From Gemmatimonadaceae bacterium (GTDB taxonomy: Bacteria; Gemmatimonadota; Gemmatimonadetes; Gemmatimonadales; Gemmatimonadaceae): a DNA stretch of 64,000 bases. The position numbers were made by a program, and so were the translations under genes. The notes under the pieces were generated by a model. It was not told the DNA's origin. It saw only the letters and a list, made by a program, of their open reading frames with translations, and did no database searches. The first letter of the stretch is position 1. Each line of letters starts with the position of its first letter. The stretch spans positions 25,387-89,386 of the forward strand of contig JANMNM010000078.1 in NCBI GenBank assembly GCA_031373905.1, written 5' to 3'. Below are positions 29,024 to 37,744 of the stretch, piece by piece.

Positions 29024-30267
29024 GTGCGGTGATCGGGGGCGCGCCTGCCGCACCGACCCGGTCGCGGTTGGATCTGGCACACGCTGCGCTGCCCCCGATC
29101 ACGCGGCCGGACGCACGGCTCGCCGTCCTCGACACCACGGAGTGGTTCGCGCCGACGAGCGGCGGCATTCGGACATACCTGCTCCAGAAGGCAGCGTATG
29201 TTGCCGCTCGTCCCTGGTTGCGGCACGTCCTGGTCGTGCCCGCGGAGGCGGATGGTATCGCCGATCACGAGGGGTCGCGATGGTATGAGTGCCGCGGTCC
29301 GCGCATCCCGGGCAACGCGCCTTATCGATTGCTCACCTCCGTGTCGACGATGCGCCACGTGCTCGCGCATGAACGCCCCGATGTGATCGAGATCGGCAGT
29401 CCTGCCCTGGTGCCGTGGCTCGTGTTCCGCGCACTGGATCGTCGCGACGTTCCAATCGTGAACTTCTTTCACAGCCACTTCCCGGCGCTCGCGCGTGGGA
29501 GCTACCGACCGACGAAGGGCTGGCGCTATGCGGCGCGGGACGTGGCGTGGTGGTATGCGCGCCGCCTCGATCGCCGCGTCAGTGCAACCATCGCAGCGTC
29601 GCACTTCGTGGCAGACGATCTCACGCAGGCCGGGATCAGGAACGTGGTGCGGATTCCCCTTGGCGTTGACCTCGAGCACTTCAATCCGGCCCGGCGCGCA
29701 GATGCGGCGGCGACGCGCGCTGAATGGAAGTTGCCAGCCGATGCCCCGATCTTCGCGTTCGTCGGACGATTCGCTCGCGAGAAGGAACTGCAGGTGCTCA
29801 TCGACGCATGGCCGGTGATCGAGAAAAGCACGGGCGCGGTGCTCGTGATGGCGGGAGACGGGCCGGAGCGCGCCGAGTTGCAGGGCCGGTCCCGTGGCGC
29901 GAACGTGTTCTGGCTTCCGTTCATCAGTGATCGCGGCAGGCTCGCGGACCTGCTGGCGGCATCGAGTGTGTACCTGGCCACGAGTCCGCACGAGACCTTC
30001 GGTCTCTCGCCGCTCGAGGCGATGGCATGCGGCACCCCCGTCCTGGCTGCCGATGGCGGTGGTGTCCGTGAACACGTCATGGGCTCGGGCGCGGGGAGCA
30101 TCTTCACACCGGGAGACGCCGGCGATCTTGCAGAACGCGCCGTGGAACTGGTGCACAGCGACCTTGCCGCACACGGTGCGCGTGCACGGGCATTCGCCGA
30201 GCGGGAGCACGCCTGGGATACCGTCTTCGATCGTGTGTTTGCACTCTACGCGTCATTGCAACGATGA
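29020..30267 (+). CDS. Glycosyltransferase family 4 (GT-B, GT1 superfamily)
   Basis: C-terminal block HETFGLSPLEAMACGTPVLAADGGGVREHV. GTGA overlap with the terC-like stop. Confidence 0.85.
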   Translation: MSAVIGGAPAAPTRSRLDLAHAALPPITRPDARLAVLDTTEWFAPTSGGIRTYLLQKAAYVAARPWLRHVLVVPAEADGIADHEGSRWYECRGPRIPGNAPYRLLTSVSTMRHVLAHERPDVIEIGSPALVPWLVFRALDRRDVPIVNFFHSHFPALARGSYRPTKGWRYAARDVAWWYARRLDRRVSATIAASHFVADDLTQAGIRNVVRIPLGVDLEHFNPARRADAAATRAEWKLPADAPIFAFVGRFAREKELQVLIDAWPVIEKSTGAVLVMAGDGPERAELQGRSRGANVFWLPFISDRGRLADLLAASSVYLATSPHETFGLSPLEAMACGTPVLAADGGGVREHVMGSGAGSIFTPGDAGDLAERAVELVHSDLAAHGARARAFAEREHAWDTVFDRVFALYASLQR

Positions 30268-30998
30268 GTGTACTGCTGTCGATTCACGACGTGACGCCGG
30301 CGTGGCGACCGCAGGTCGAAGCGCTCTGGGCGCTGTGTCGTGAACGAAATGCCACGCCGGCATTGCTCGCCGTGCCGAACTGGCACGGTGCCTGGCCGTT
30401 GCGTGACGCGCCGGACTATGTGAGCTGGATCCGGGCGCGCGCCGCAGAGGGTGCGGAGGTCTTCCTGCACGGTGAACGGCACGATGAAGTCGGACTCCCG
30501 CGTGCGTGGCGCGACAGCCTCCGCGCGGTGGGGCGGACGGCGGGCGAAGGGGAATTCCTCACCCTCGATCACGTCGCCGCGTCGGCCCGTATTGCGAGGG
30601 GCATGGCGCTCTTTGCCGAGCTCGGGCTGCACCCGATCGGTTTTGTGCCGCCGGCCTGGCTCTGCGGCGCGGGCACGCACACCGCCTGTGCCGCGCACGC
30701 ACTTGCGTTGCTGGAAGACGATCGCGCAGTGCACCTGGTGCGCCGGGGCGTGCGTCTGCCGAGCCCCGTGCTCCGCTGGAGTGGCCGGAGCGCGTTGCGG
30801 GCCCGCGCGTCGGCGTTCCAGGCCGCATGGCGGTGGCGGACGCAACGCCGTGCCACGCACTTTCGCATCGCATTGCACCCAATGGATCTCGAGCATCCGG
30901 TCACGCGTCGCTCCGTCGTCGACGAACTGGATCGGTGGCTCGCGTTGCGGCCCGCCACGTCGTATGCAGCGTTGCTGCAGGAACCTGATGCAGCCTGA
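30264..30998 (+). CDS. DUF2334 / polysaccharide-deacetylase-like protein
   Basis: N-terminus MSVLLSIHDVTPAWRPQVEALWALCRE...LLAVPNWHG resembles DUF2334. 4-nt overlap with the upstream GT gene. Confidence 0.6.
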   Translation: MSVLLSIHDVTPAWRPQVEALWALCRERNATPALLAVPNWHGAWPLRDAPDYVSWIRARAAEGAEVFLHGERHDEVGLPRAWRDSLRAVGRTAGEGEFLTLDHVAASARIARGMALFAELGLHPIGFVPPAWLCGAGTHTACAAHALALLEDDRAVHLVRRGVRLPSPVLRWSGRSALRARASAFQAAWRWRTQRRATHFRIALHPMDLEHPVTRRSVVDELDRWLALRPATSYAALLQEPDAA

Positions 30999-31013
30999 CC
31001 CAGGCATCGGCGC

Positions 31014-32183
31014 ATGACGGAGCCGATCGTGCGCCTCGATGGCGTGCGCCTGGCGCTCTTCAGCGACACGTACCCGCCGCAGATGAACGGCGTGTCACGC
31101 ACGCTCGAGCGGCTCGTGACCGCGGCGCGTGATCGCGGCGCAGCGGTGCGCGTGTTCACGACATCCGACCCCGATGCAACGACCGTTGACGAGGCCGTCG
31201 TGCGCTGGCCGAGTGCGCCATTCTGGGCGTATCCGCAGGTGCGACTCGCGCCGCCGCGTGCGTTCGCCGCGCGTCGCGCACTTTCGGAATGGCGCCCGTC
31301 ACTGGTGCATGTCGCGACAGAATTCGGCGTTGGATTCGCTGGTCGCGCAGCGGCGCTGTCGCTGCGGGTGCCGCTGGTGACGAGCTATCACACGAGCTTC
31401 AGCGCCTACGCCGAGTTCTACCGTCTTGGCGCACTTGCTCCGATGGGTTGGAAATACTTCCGCTGGTTCCACTCGGCCGCCGCATTGACGGTCACGCCGA
31501 CTGACGCGATTCGCCGCGAGGTCGAGGCCCACGGCTTCGGCAACGTTGGCGTCTGGGGACGCGGGGTGGACGGCGAGCGCTTCGATCCCGCGTTCCGGTC
31601 GATGGAATGGCGGCGCGAGCACGGAATCGAAGACGATGCGATGGTGGTGCTGTACGTCGGACGCATTGCCCGGGAGAAAGGCCTGGAGCACGCACTCCGT
31701 GCGATGCAGGAACTGGCAGGCGTCGCGCCACGGATCCGTTTCGTGTGCGTTGGCGACGGGCCGTATGAGGCGGAGATGCGGGCCAGCGCCCCACCGGGTG
31801 TGATCTTCACTGGCAGGCTGTCTGGCGTTCCGCTCAGCACGGCGTATGCATCGAGCGACATTTTCCTCTTTCCATCCGTCACCGATACGTTCGGCAACGT
31901 GTTGCTGGAGGCGATGGCGTCAGGACTGGTGGTGGTATCGGCGGAGGCCGGGAATACGCGTGAACTGGTTGGCACCGATCTGAGTCGCGGGGTCCTTGTC
32001 GACGCGGCGGCTCCGGGCGTCATCGCGAGTGCGCTCCTGTCCCTGGAGACGGATCGCGTACGCCATGCGGCAATCCGTGCGCACGCGCAGGCGTGGGCAC
32101 GGGAGCGGACCTGGACCAAGGTCTGGAACGGGTTGTTCCGCGACTATCTGCGGGTGATCAGCGCGCGAGCTGCCAGTTCGTGA
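31014..32183 (+). CDS. Glycosyltransferase family 4
   Basis: N-terminal ALFSDTYPPQMNGVSRTLERL and C-terminal TDTFGNVLLEAMASGLVVVSAEAG blocks. Confidence 0.85.
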   Translation: MTEPIVRLDGVRLALFSDTYPPQMNGVSRTLERLVTAARDRGAAVRVFTTSDPDATTVDEAVVRWPSAPFWAYPQVRLAPPRAFAARRALSEWRPSLVHVATEFGVGFAGRAAALSLRVPLVTSYHTSFSAYAEFYRLGALAPMGWKYFRWFHSAAALTVTPTDAIRREVEAHGFGNVGVWGRGVDGERFDPAFRSMEWRREHGIEDDAMVVLYVGRIAREKGLEHALRAMQELAGVAPRIRFVCVGDGPYEAEMRASAPPGVIFTGRLSGVPLSTAYASSDIFLFPSVTDTFGNVLLEAMASGLVVVSAEAGNTRELVGTDLSRGVLVDAAAPGVIASALLSLETDRVRHAAIRAHAQAWARERTWTKVWNGLFRDYLRVISARAASS

Positions 32184-33321
32184 ACTCCTTCTCTCCGGTG
32201 ACTTCGCGCACAACCCACGGGGCGAGCCAGTCAGGAATGGAGACCGCTGTCTCGGCGGTGGGGAGTTCGAGTTCCGCGACCACCAGCGCACGGTCCGTGA
32301 ACTCATCGATCTCCCAGCGACTTTCGCCGTCGGGGACCGTGTAGCGGCGCTTTCGCACACGTCGCCCTTCCGTGAGCGCGAACAGCGCAATCCCGATGGC
32401 CGGCGTCGCGGGCTCCTCGACTTCGATGCGCGAGATCCCGCGCCCGAGCTTCACAGTCCTGATCCACGACACGCCATCCGCCGTCGAGATGCTGCGAATG
32501 CGCTCGACCAGTTCCTCGCCAGGCAGGTACCCCTGAGCGATCGTCACGAACGGCATCGCGAGCAGGTGCGGCGGCAACGCGGACAACAGCCATTTGCGCT
32601 CGATTTCGACCGGAAGCGCGGCACGACGGCGCCACGCGCCGCTGAGCGACGCGGCAGCGGCAGCGATCACGCGAACTGCGTCAGGATGCGGTGCTGGCAT
32701 CGCGGCGATCTCGCGCACAGTCTGGAGCAGCAGGGACGCCTGCTCGCTCGACGACTCCAGCGGGGTCAGCACCGACGAGACGGCGTACACTGCCACGGAC
32801 ACTGCGCGTCGAGTGTCATCCGTGGCGTCGTGTGCATGTGCCGTCAGTCGTCGGTTCAGGCGCTCGACGGACCGGTCCAGGGCGTCGGCGGCAGTGCTCG
32901 CGAAGGACGCTGGCCGTTCAATGGAGTCCAGCGCATGGCGCTCTCGCCACACGAGCAGCCGCGTACGAAGCGGCGCGACGAGCTCGTCCCACCGCTCGGC
33001 GTCGGTCCGCGTGTTGCCGGAGCTCACTGCAGTGCCCTGGGTCAGGCGGCGCGCGAGCGCGACTGCGCGCCGCGACACGATCGCGGGCCGCAGTTCCTCC
33101 AGCACCGGGCCATACGCATCACAGACGTGGCGCAGCTGCATCACCGCCTGGCGGAGGTCACTCGCGGCACGCGTGCGATCATTGCCGATGGCGGCGAGCC
33201 GTCCTTTCGCCGAGTCGCCCGCGGCTATGGCCGCGCGGCAGAGTCGCCGGACGCTCTCGGCGGCGGGTGCGTCGAGGAGCGAGTCTGCGCTGGGCAGCTG
33301 TGCGGCGAGCGAGTCGGGCAT
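32158..33321 (-). CDS. CHAD-like helical domain fused N-terminally to a CYTH (triphosphate tunnel) domain
   Basis: C-terminal CYTH with the ExExK signature (VEIERKWLL) and downstream acidic strands (RWEIDEF, VVAELELP). The N-terminal helical region has a CHAD-like motif (DLRQAVMQLRHVCDAY). Start set at ATG 33321 because a sigma-70-like promoter for marR occupies 33380-33407. Confidence 0.75.
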   Translation of the reverse strand: MPDSLAAQLPSADSLLDAPAAESVRRLCRAAIAAGDSAKGRLAAIGNDRTRAASDLRQAVMQLRHVCDAYGPVLEELRPAIVSRRAVALARRLTQGTAVSSGNTRTDAERWDELVAPLRTRLLVWRERHALDSIERPASFASTAADALDRSVERLNRRLTAHAHDATDDTRRAVSVAVYAVSSVLTPLESSSEQASLLLQTVREIAAMPAPHPDAVRVIAAAAASLSGAWRRRAALPVEIERKWLLSALPPHLLAMPFVTIAQGYLPGEELVERIRSISTADGVSWIRTVKLGRGISRIEVEEPATPAIGIALFALTEGRRVRKRRYTVPDGESRWEIDEFTDRALVVAELELPTAETAVSIPDWLAPWVVREVTGEKEFTNWQLAR

Positions 33322-33379
33322 CCGAGGCAATATGGAACGCTTGGCCAGCCTGGCGTGGCCGAGCGGTACCGTTCCTGCC

Positions 33380-33434
33380 TTGACAGGGCTCCAATCCACG
33401 GTATTATTCGATATCGAAACACATGATATCGAAA
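33380..33434 (+). promoter_or_regulatory. Sigma-70-like promoter plus palindromic operator upstream of the MarR gene
   Basis: TTGACA (33380-33385), 16-nt spacer, TATTAT (33402-33407). Perfect palindrome TTCGATATCGAA (33407-33418). GATATCGAAA occurs twice (33410-33419, 33425-33434). Locally AT-rich in a GC-rich genome. Confidence 0.55.
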
Positions 33435-33451
33435 TATTGGACATCCAATAA

Positions 33452-33949
33452 ATGCCTTCTCATCACCGCGGAACCGAGAGCGAGCGCAGAACCCTCGATG
33501 CGTACATCAAGCTCATGCGTGCGGCATCGGCCGTGAACGCGGGACTGTTTCCGCGCTTGCTGGCAGAGCATGGCGTAACTCCCTCGCAGCTTGGTGTGCT
33601 CGAGACGCTGTGGCACCTGGGTCCGATGCCCCACTGCGCCCTGGCCACGAAGCTGCTCGTGAGCCCCAGCAACCTGACCACGGTCATCGACAATCTCGAG
33701 CGGGGCGGGCTCGTGCGGCGTGACCGGGATCCGGCCGATCGCCGCGTCTCGATCACCTCGCTCACCTCGACGGGCGAGGCGCGAGTTGCCGACTTCTTCC
33801 CACAGCATGTGCAGCGGCTGGTCGCGGCCATGTCTGGGCTCGACGATGCGGAACAGGTGGAACTGGCACGCCTCTGCCGAAAGCTCGGCCACGCTGCCGC
33901 CTCTTCCGCCGCTCCGGACCAGAACGCCGCAACGTCGTCAAAACCGTAA
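33452..33949 (+). CDS. MarR family transcriptional regulator (MhqR-like by context)
   Basis: Winged-helix block GVTPSQLGVLETLWHLGPMPHCALATKLLVSPSNLTTVIDNLERGGLVRRDRDPADRR. Confidence 0.9.
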   Translation: MPSHHRGTESERRTLDAYIKLMRAASAVNAGLFPRLLAEHGVTPSQLGVLETLWHLGPMPHCALATKLLVSPSNLTTVIDNLERGGLVRRDRDPADRRVSITSLTSTGEARVADFFPQHVQRLVAAMSGLDDAEQVELARLCRKLGHAAASSAAPDQNAATSSKP

Positions 33950-34002
33950 TTCCGAACGGCACGATCTCGTCGTGTACTTGTCTTGTCCCTCCTCTCACGC
34001 AG

Positions 34003-34647
34003 GTGCAACAAATGAATGGCATCGATTCATCCTCCATCGAAGCATTGACTACCACCTTGACTGAAGCAGCCGAAACGCGACGCTCGATTCGCAAGTACGA
34101 GCCGACGGCGGTTCCGCGCGAGCACCTTCTGGAGATTCTTCGCGTCACCTCGCTGGCGCCGTCACCGTGGAACGTGCAGCCGTGGCGCTTCGTGATCGTC
34201 GAGGACGCTGACACCAAGGCGAAACTGCAGGAGGCGGCGTACGGACAGGCGCAGATCGGCTCGGCGCCGGCGGCGATCGTGCTGTACTCCGACATGACTG
34301 ATGCGATCGACACGATCGAGGAAACGGTTCACCCGGGCATGCGCGGGCCTGCCGGTGACAAGGCCGCCGCAGATATTCGCGCGACCTTCGGCCGCATGAG
34401 CGAGAGTGACCGCGCGGCATGGGGATTTGCGGAAAGCAACATTGCACTCGGGTACCTGCTGCTCGCGGCGCGCGCACACGGTTACAGCACGAGTCCGATG
34501 CTCGGATTCATGCCCGATGCAGTGAAGTCACTGCTCGGACTTCCAGCCGATGCGCGCATTCCAGCGATCGTCGCGATCGGCATCGGAGCTGAGGAAGGTT
34601 TCCCGCACCATCGCCACGCGGTTGAGCGGATCGCCCGCTTCGTCTGA
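34003..34647 (+). CDS. Nitroreductase family protein
   Basis: TRRSIRKYEP...APSPWNVQPWRF motif typical of the NfsB/FRase superfamily. Confidence 0.8.
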   Translation: MQQMNGIDSSSIEALTTTLTEAAETRRSIRKYEPTAVPREHLLEILRVTSLAPSPWNVQPWRFVIVEDADTKAKLQEAAYGQAQIGSAPAAIVLYSDMTDAIDTIEETVHPGMRGPAGDKAAADIRATFGRMSESDRAAWGFAESNIALGYLLLAARAHGYSTSPMLGFMPDAVKSLLGLPADARIPAIVAIGIGAEEGFPHHRHAVERIARFV

Positions 34648-34735
34648 GCTGGCGTAAGGAACGATTTCGAGTTGCGGGTTGGCGATGGCGGTGCGCCATC
34701 GGCCCACCCCGTGACAGCATCCTGGAGACGCACGC

Positions 34736-35701
34736 ATGTACCGCACATCAGGCCTGCATCATCTCACGGCCATCGCCGGTGATCCGCAGCGCAACCTGAA
34801 TTTCTACGCTGGAACGCTTGGCCTGAGACTGGTCAAGAAGACCGTGAATTTCGATGATCCAGGGACGTATCATCTGTATTACGGCGATGCGACCGGTAGT
34901 CCAGGAAGCATCCTGACGTTCTTCCCGTGGCCGAACGCCCGGCGGGGCACTGTGGGCGCGGGGCAAGTGGTGGAGACGCAACTCGCCATTCCGCGGGCGG
35001 CGCTGGGCTTCTGGGTCGAGCGCCTGACCGCGCATCAGGTCACGTTCGCAGGTCCGTCGCACCGGTTTGGCACTGAGTCAGTGCTCACATTCACCGATCC
35101 AGACGGACTGCCACTCGCCCTGGTTGCGAGTGACGCGGCGAACGCGCTGCCGGGATGGGACGGTGGCAACGGTGTTCCCGCGCAGATGAGCATTCGGGGC
35201 ATGCACGCCGTCACGCTGCTCGTCCGTTCGCTCGAAGCCACGGCAAATGTGCTGACGGCAATGCTTGGCTTCATCGAGCATTCGCGGGACGCGGAGGTCG
35301 TGCGCTATGCAAGCGGTGAGGCGGCACCGGGCACCTTGCTCGACGTGCGAGTGCTGAAGACCGCTGCTGGCGGAACTGGTGGGGCAGGTACTGTGCATCA
35401 CGTCGCATTTCGCGCCGCGGACGACGAAGTCGAGCGCGAGCTGCAGGCACAGGTCCGGTCGGCTGGTCTTCCGATCACGGAACAGATCGACCGGACGTAT
35501 TTCAGGTCGATGTACTTCCGCGAGCCGGGGCAGGTGTTGTTCGAACTGGCCACTGATGGGCCTGGATTCGCCATTGATGAGGATCCGGCGCATCTGGGTG
35601 AGGCGCTGAGGCTTCCGTCGCAACACGAACACCTTCGGTCGGTTCTCGAGCAGCATCTGGAGCCGCTTCATGTTCCGGCCGCCGTCGGCGTCTCGTCATG
35701 A
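34736..35701 (+). CDS. Ring-cleaving dioxygenase, glyoxalase/VOC superfamily (MhqO/MhqE/YkcA-like)
   Basis: GLHHLTAIAGDPQRNLNFYAGTLGLRLVKKTVNFDDPGTYHLYYGD and a second VOC repeat (VHHVAFRAADD...YFRSMYFREPGQVLFELATDGPGF). Confidence 0.8.
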   Translation: MYRTSGLHHLTAIAGDPQRNLNFYAGTLGLRLVKKTVNFDDPGTYHLYYGDATGSPGSILTFFPWPNARRGTVGAGQVVETQLAIPRAALGFWVERLTAHQVTFAGPSHRFGTESVLTFTDPDGLPLALVASDAANALPGWDGGNGVPAQMSIRGMHAVTLLVRSLEATANVLTAMLGFIEHSRDAEVVRYASGEAAPGTLLDVRVLKTAAGGTGGAGTVHHVAFRAADDEVERELQAQVRSAGLPITEQIDRTYFRSMYFREPGQVLFELATDGPGFAIDEDPAHLGEALRLPSQHEHLRSVLEQHLEPLHVPAAVGVSS

Positions 35702-36330
35702 GCGAGGCGCTGAACCACTTCGTGCATGTGCACGTACCGCCAGGCCCTGGTTCATCCGAAACGCGCACGCTGTTGCTGTTGCACGGGACTGGTGGCAACG
35801 AACGGGATCTCCTGACACTTGGCACCGCCATTGCGCCCGGGGCCCGTCTGCTGGGCGTGCGCGGGCAGGTGCTCGAAGGAACCATGCCGCGATTCTTTCG
35901 CCGACTGGCCGAGGGCGTCTTCGACGAGGCCGACCTGATGGTGCGCGCGGCGGAGCTCGGTGCGTTCGTTGCCGCGGCAGCTGAGGCGTACGGGTTCGAC
36001 CGATCAACGGTGGTTGCGGTAGGCTATTCGAACGGGGCGAACATCGCGGCAGCGCTGCTGCTGCTGCATCCACGTGTCCTGAACGGTGCGGTGCTGTTCC
36101 GCGCGATGGTGCCGCTCGTCCCTGCGAGGTTGCCGGAGTTGCATGGCGTGCCGGTGCTGATGGTGGAGGGGCAGAATGACTCGATTGTTCCGCGCGCGAA
36201 TGCGGAGCGACTCGAATCGTTGCTGCGCGATTCGGGGGCGACGGTCACCCTGCACTGGGAGCCTGCGGCACACGGGCTGACGCAGTCCGACGTCGTGGTC
36301 GCTGGGCAGTGGCTCGGGGCTCACAACTGA
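35698..36330 (+). CDS. Phospholipase/carboxylesterase family alpha/beta hydrolase (MhqD-like)
   Basis: LLLLHGTGGNERDL, nucleophile elbow GYSNGANIAA, and a conserved C-terminal His region. 4-nt overlap with the dioxygenase gene. Confidence 0.75.
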   Translation: MSEALNHFVHVHVPPGPGSSETRTLLLLHGTGGNERDLLTLGTAIAPGARLLGVRGQVLEGTMPRFFRRLAEGVFDEADLMVRAAELGAFVAAAAEAYGFDRSTVVAVGYSNGANIAAALLLLHPRVLNGAVLFRAMVPLVPARLPELHGVPVLMVEGQNDSIVPRANAERLESLLRDSGATVTLHWEPAAHGLTQSDVVVAGQWLGAHN

Positions 36331-36354
36331 GGGTCCGAATACCGGCAGGGCGCG

Positions 36355-37203
36355 GTGCGCATATCTTTCGGCGTGCACTACTGGCGCGCTCTCCTGCCCC
36401 TGGGACTCGCTGCCGCGACGGCTGCCGCCGCGCTGGCACCGACGTTCGGGCTCCCGGCTCCCGACTCGCGGCGAGGTCTGGCGCTGCTGGAGTCATTCAA
36501 GGACAGCCTGCCGCGATATGCGGGCAACACGCTCCGCTGCACGAGCTGCCACCTGGATGCCGGCCGCCGCGGCACGGCGATGTCGTGGATCGATGTCACG
36601 TCCCGCTATCCGAAATACCGCGCGCGTCGCGGAGCAATCGAGACGATCGAGCAGCGTGTGAACGAGTGCATCGCCCGCAGCCTTGCCGGCCGGATGTTGC
36701 CCGAAGATCACAGTGCGATGCGAGACATGGTGGCGTATCTGGAATCGCTGAAAGGCCTGCCGCTGCCGCAGCGGCCTGACACGGTTCGATTGGTCGGCGA
36801 TACACTCACGGGTGCCGTTGCGTACACGGCGAACTGTGCGCGCTGTCACGGCGCGCGCGGGACTGGCGCAGTCGCACCCGCGATCGTGGGTCGCAACGCG
36901 TACTCGATCGGCGCCGGCATGGCTCGGCAGAACGTGCTCGCGACATTCCTGCGCTGGAACATGCCGCACGATCAGCCGGGCACGCTGAGTGCACAGAACG
37001 CCGCTGACATCGCCGCGTGGGTGTTGAGGCAACCGCGACCCGATCATCCCGGCAAGGAGCGGGACTGGCCGAAGGGCGACCCACCGGCGGATGTCGCGTA
37101 CGCGACCGATGGTGCCCGGGCGCGTGGCCTGCCGCTGCCCGCCGCGCGGCCGCTGCTTCGCCGCCGAGTGAGTCCGGGCGGGCCTGCGCGCGCGGCGCAT
37201 TGA
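36355..37203 (+). CDS. Dihaem c-type cytochrome, thiosulfate dehydrogenase (TsdA)-like
   Basis: Signal peptide, two CxxCH sites (CTSCH, CARCH), a conserved Cys in RVNECIARSLAG, and a GAGMAR...FLRWNMP block resembling TsdA. GTG start. Confidence 0.6.
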   Translation: MRISFGVHYWRALLPLGLAAATAAAALAPTFGLPAPDSRRGLALLESFKDSLPRYAGNTLRCTSCHLDAGRRGTAMSWIDVTSRYPKYRARRGAIETIEQRVNECIARSLAGRMLPEDHSAMRDMVAYLESLKGLPLPQRPDTVRLVGDTLTGAVAYTANCARCHGARGTGAVAPAIVGRNAYSIGAGMARQNVLATFLRWNMPHDQPGTLSAQNAADIAAWVLRQPRPDHPGKERDWPKGDPPADVAYATDGARARGLPLPAARPLLRRRVSPGGPARAAH

Positions 37204-37634
37204 TGTCGCGAGGGGCGAAGCCTGACGCCGAGGATGCGGACGATGATGCACTGCCCGGGCGCGTGCGGCTCGACAAGTGGTTGTGGGCCGCCCGATTCTT
37301 CAAGACGCGCGCACTGGCGGCAGAGGCGATCGACGGCGGCAAGGTCTCGGTCAACGATGATCGGCCAAAGCGGGCACGCCTGATCCAGGTTGGCGATGAG
37401 ATTCGCGTCCGGCTCGGGCCGTACGAGCACCAGCTCGTGGTGCGCGACGTCAGCGGTCGGCGGGGATCTGCAGCAGTCGCTCAGGCGTTGTATGAGGAGC
37501 GGGCCGCGAGCATCGCAGCGCGGGCGGCACTCGCGGAACAGCATCGGACGTCGGCGACCGCATTTGCGTATCACGAGGGGCGACCGAGCAAGAAGGATCG
37601 ACGAGCGATCGATCAGGTGCGCCGTCGCGACTGA
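37203..37634 (+). CDS. hslR: Ribosome-associated heat shock protein Hsp15 (S4 RNA-binding domain)
   Basis: RLDKWLWAARFFKTRALAAEAIDGGKVSVN S4 motif. The ATG overlaps the cytochrome TGA (TGATG). Confidence 0.8.
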   Translation: MSRGAKPDAEDADDDALPGRVRLDKWLWAARFFKTRALAAEAIDGGKVSVNDDRPKRARLIQVGDEIRVRLGPYEHQLVVRDVSGRRGSAAVAQALYEERAASIAARAALAEQHRTSATAFAYHEGRPSKKDRRAIDQVRRRD

Positions 37635-37744
37635 ATGCGCGGCTACCGTAACATCATCAGCGATCAGGTCCCGGCGTGTTGTCGTCACCGAGACGTAAAC
37701 CGAGATTTCATTCTCCGTGGCACACCGCATACGACCGGATCATC

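Noticed and set aside
33322-33444. N-terminal extension (MSNISISCVSISNNTVDW...) of the CHAD/CYTH ORF
   Set aside because: The extension is translated from the AT-rich marR promoter/operator region and looks non-protein-like. An ATG at 33321 gives a sensible start.
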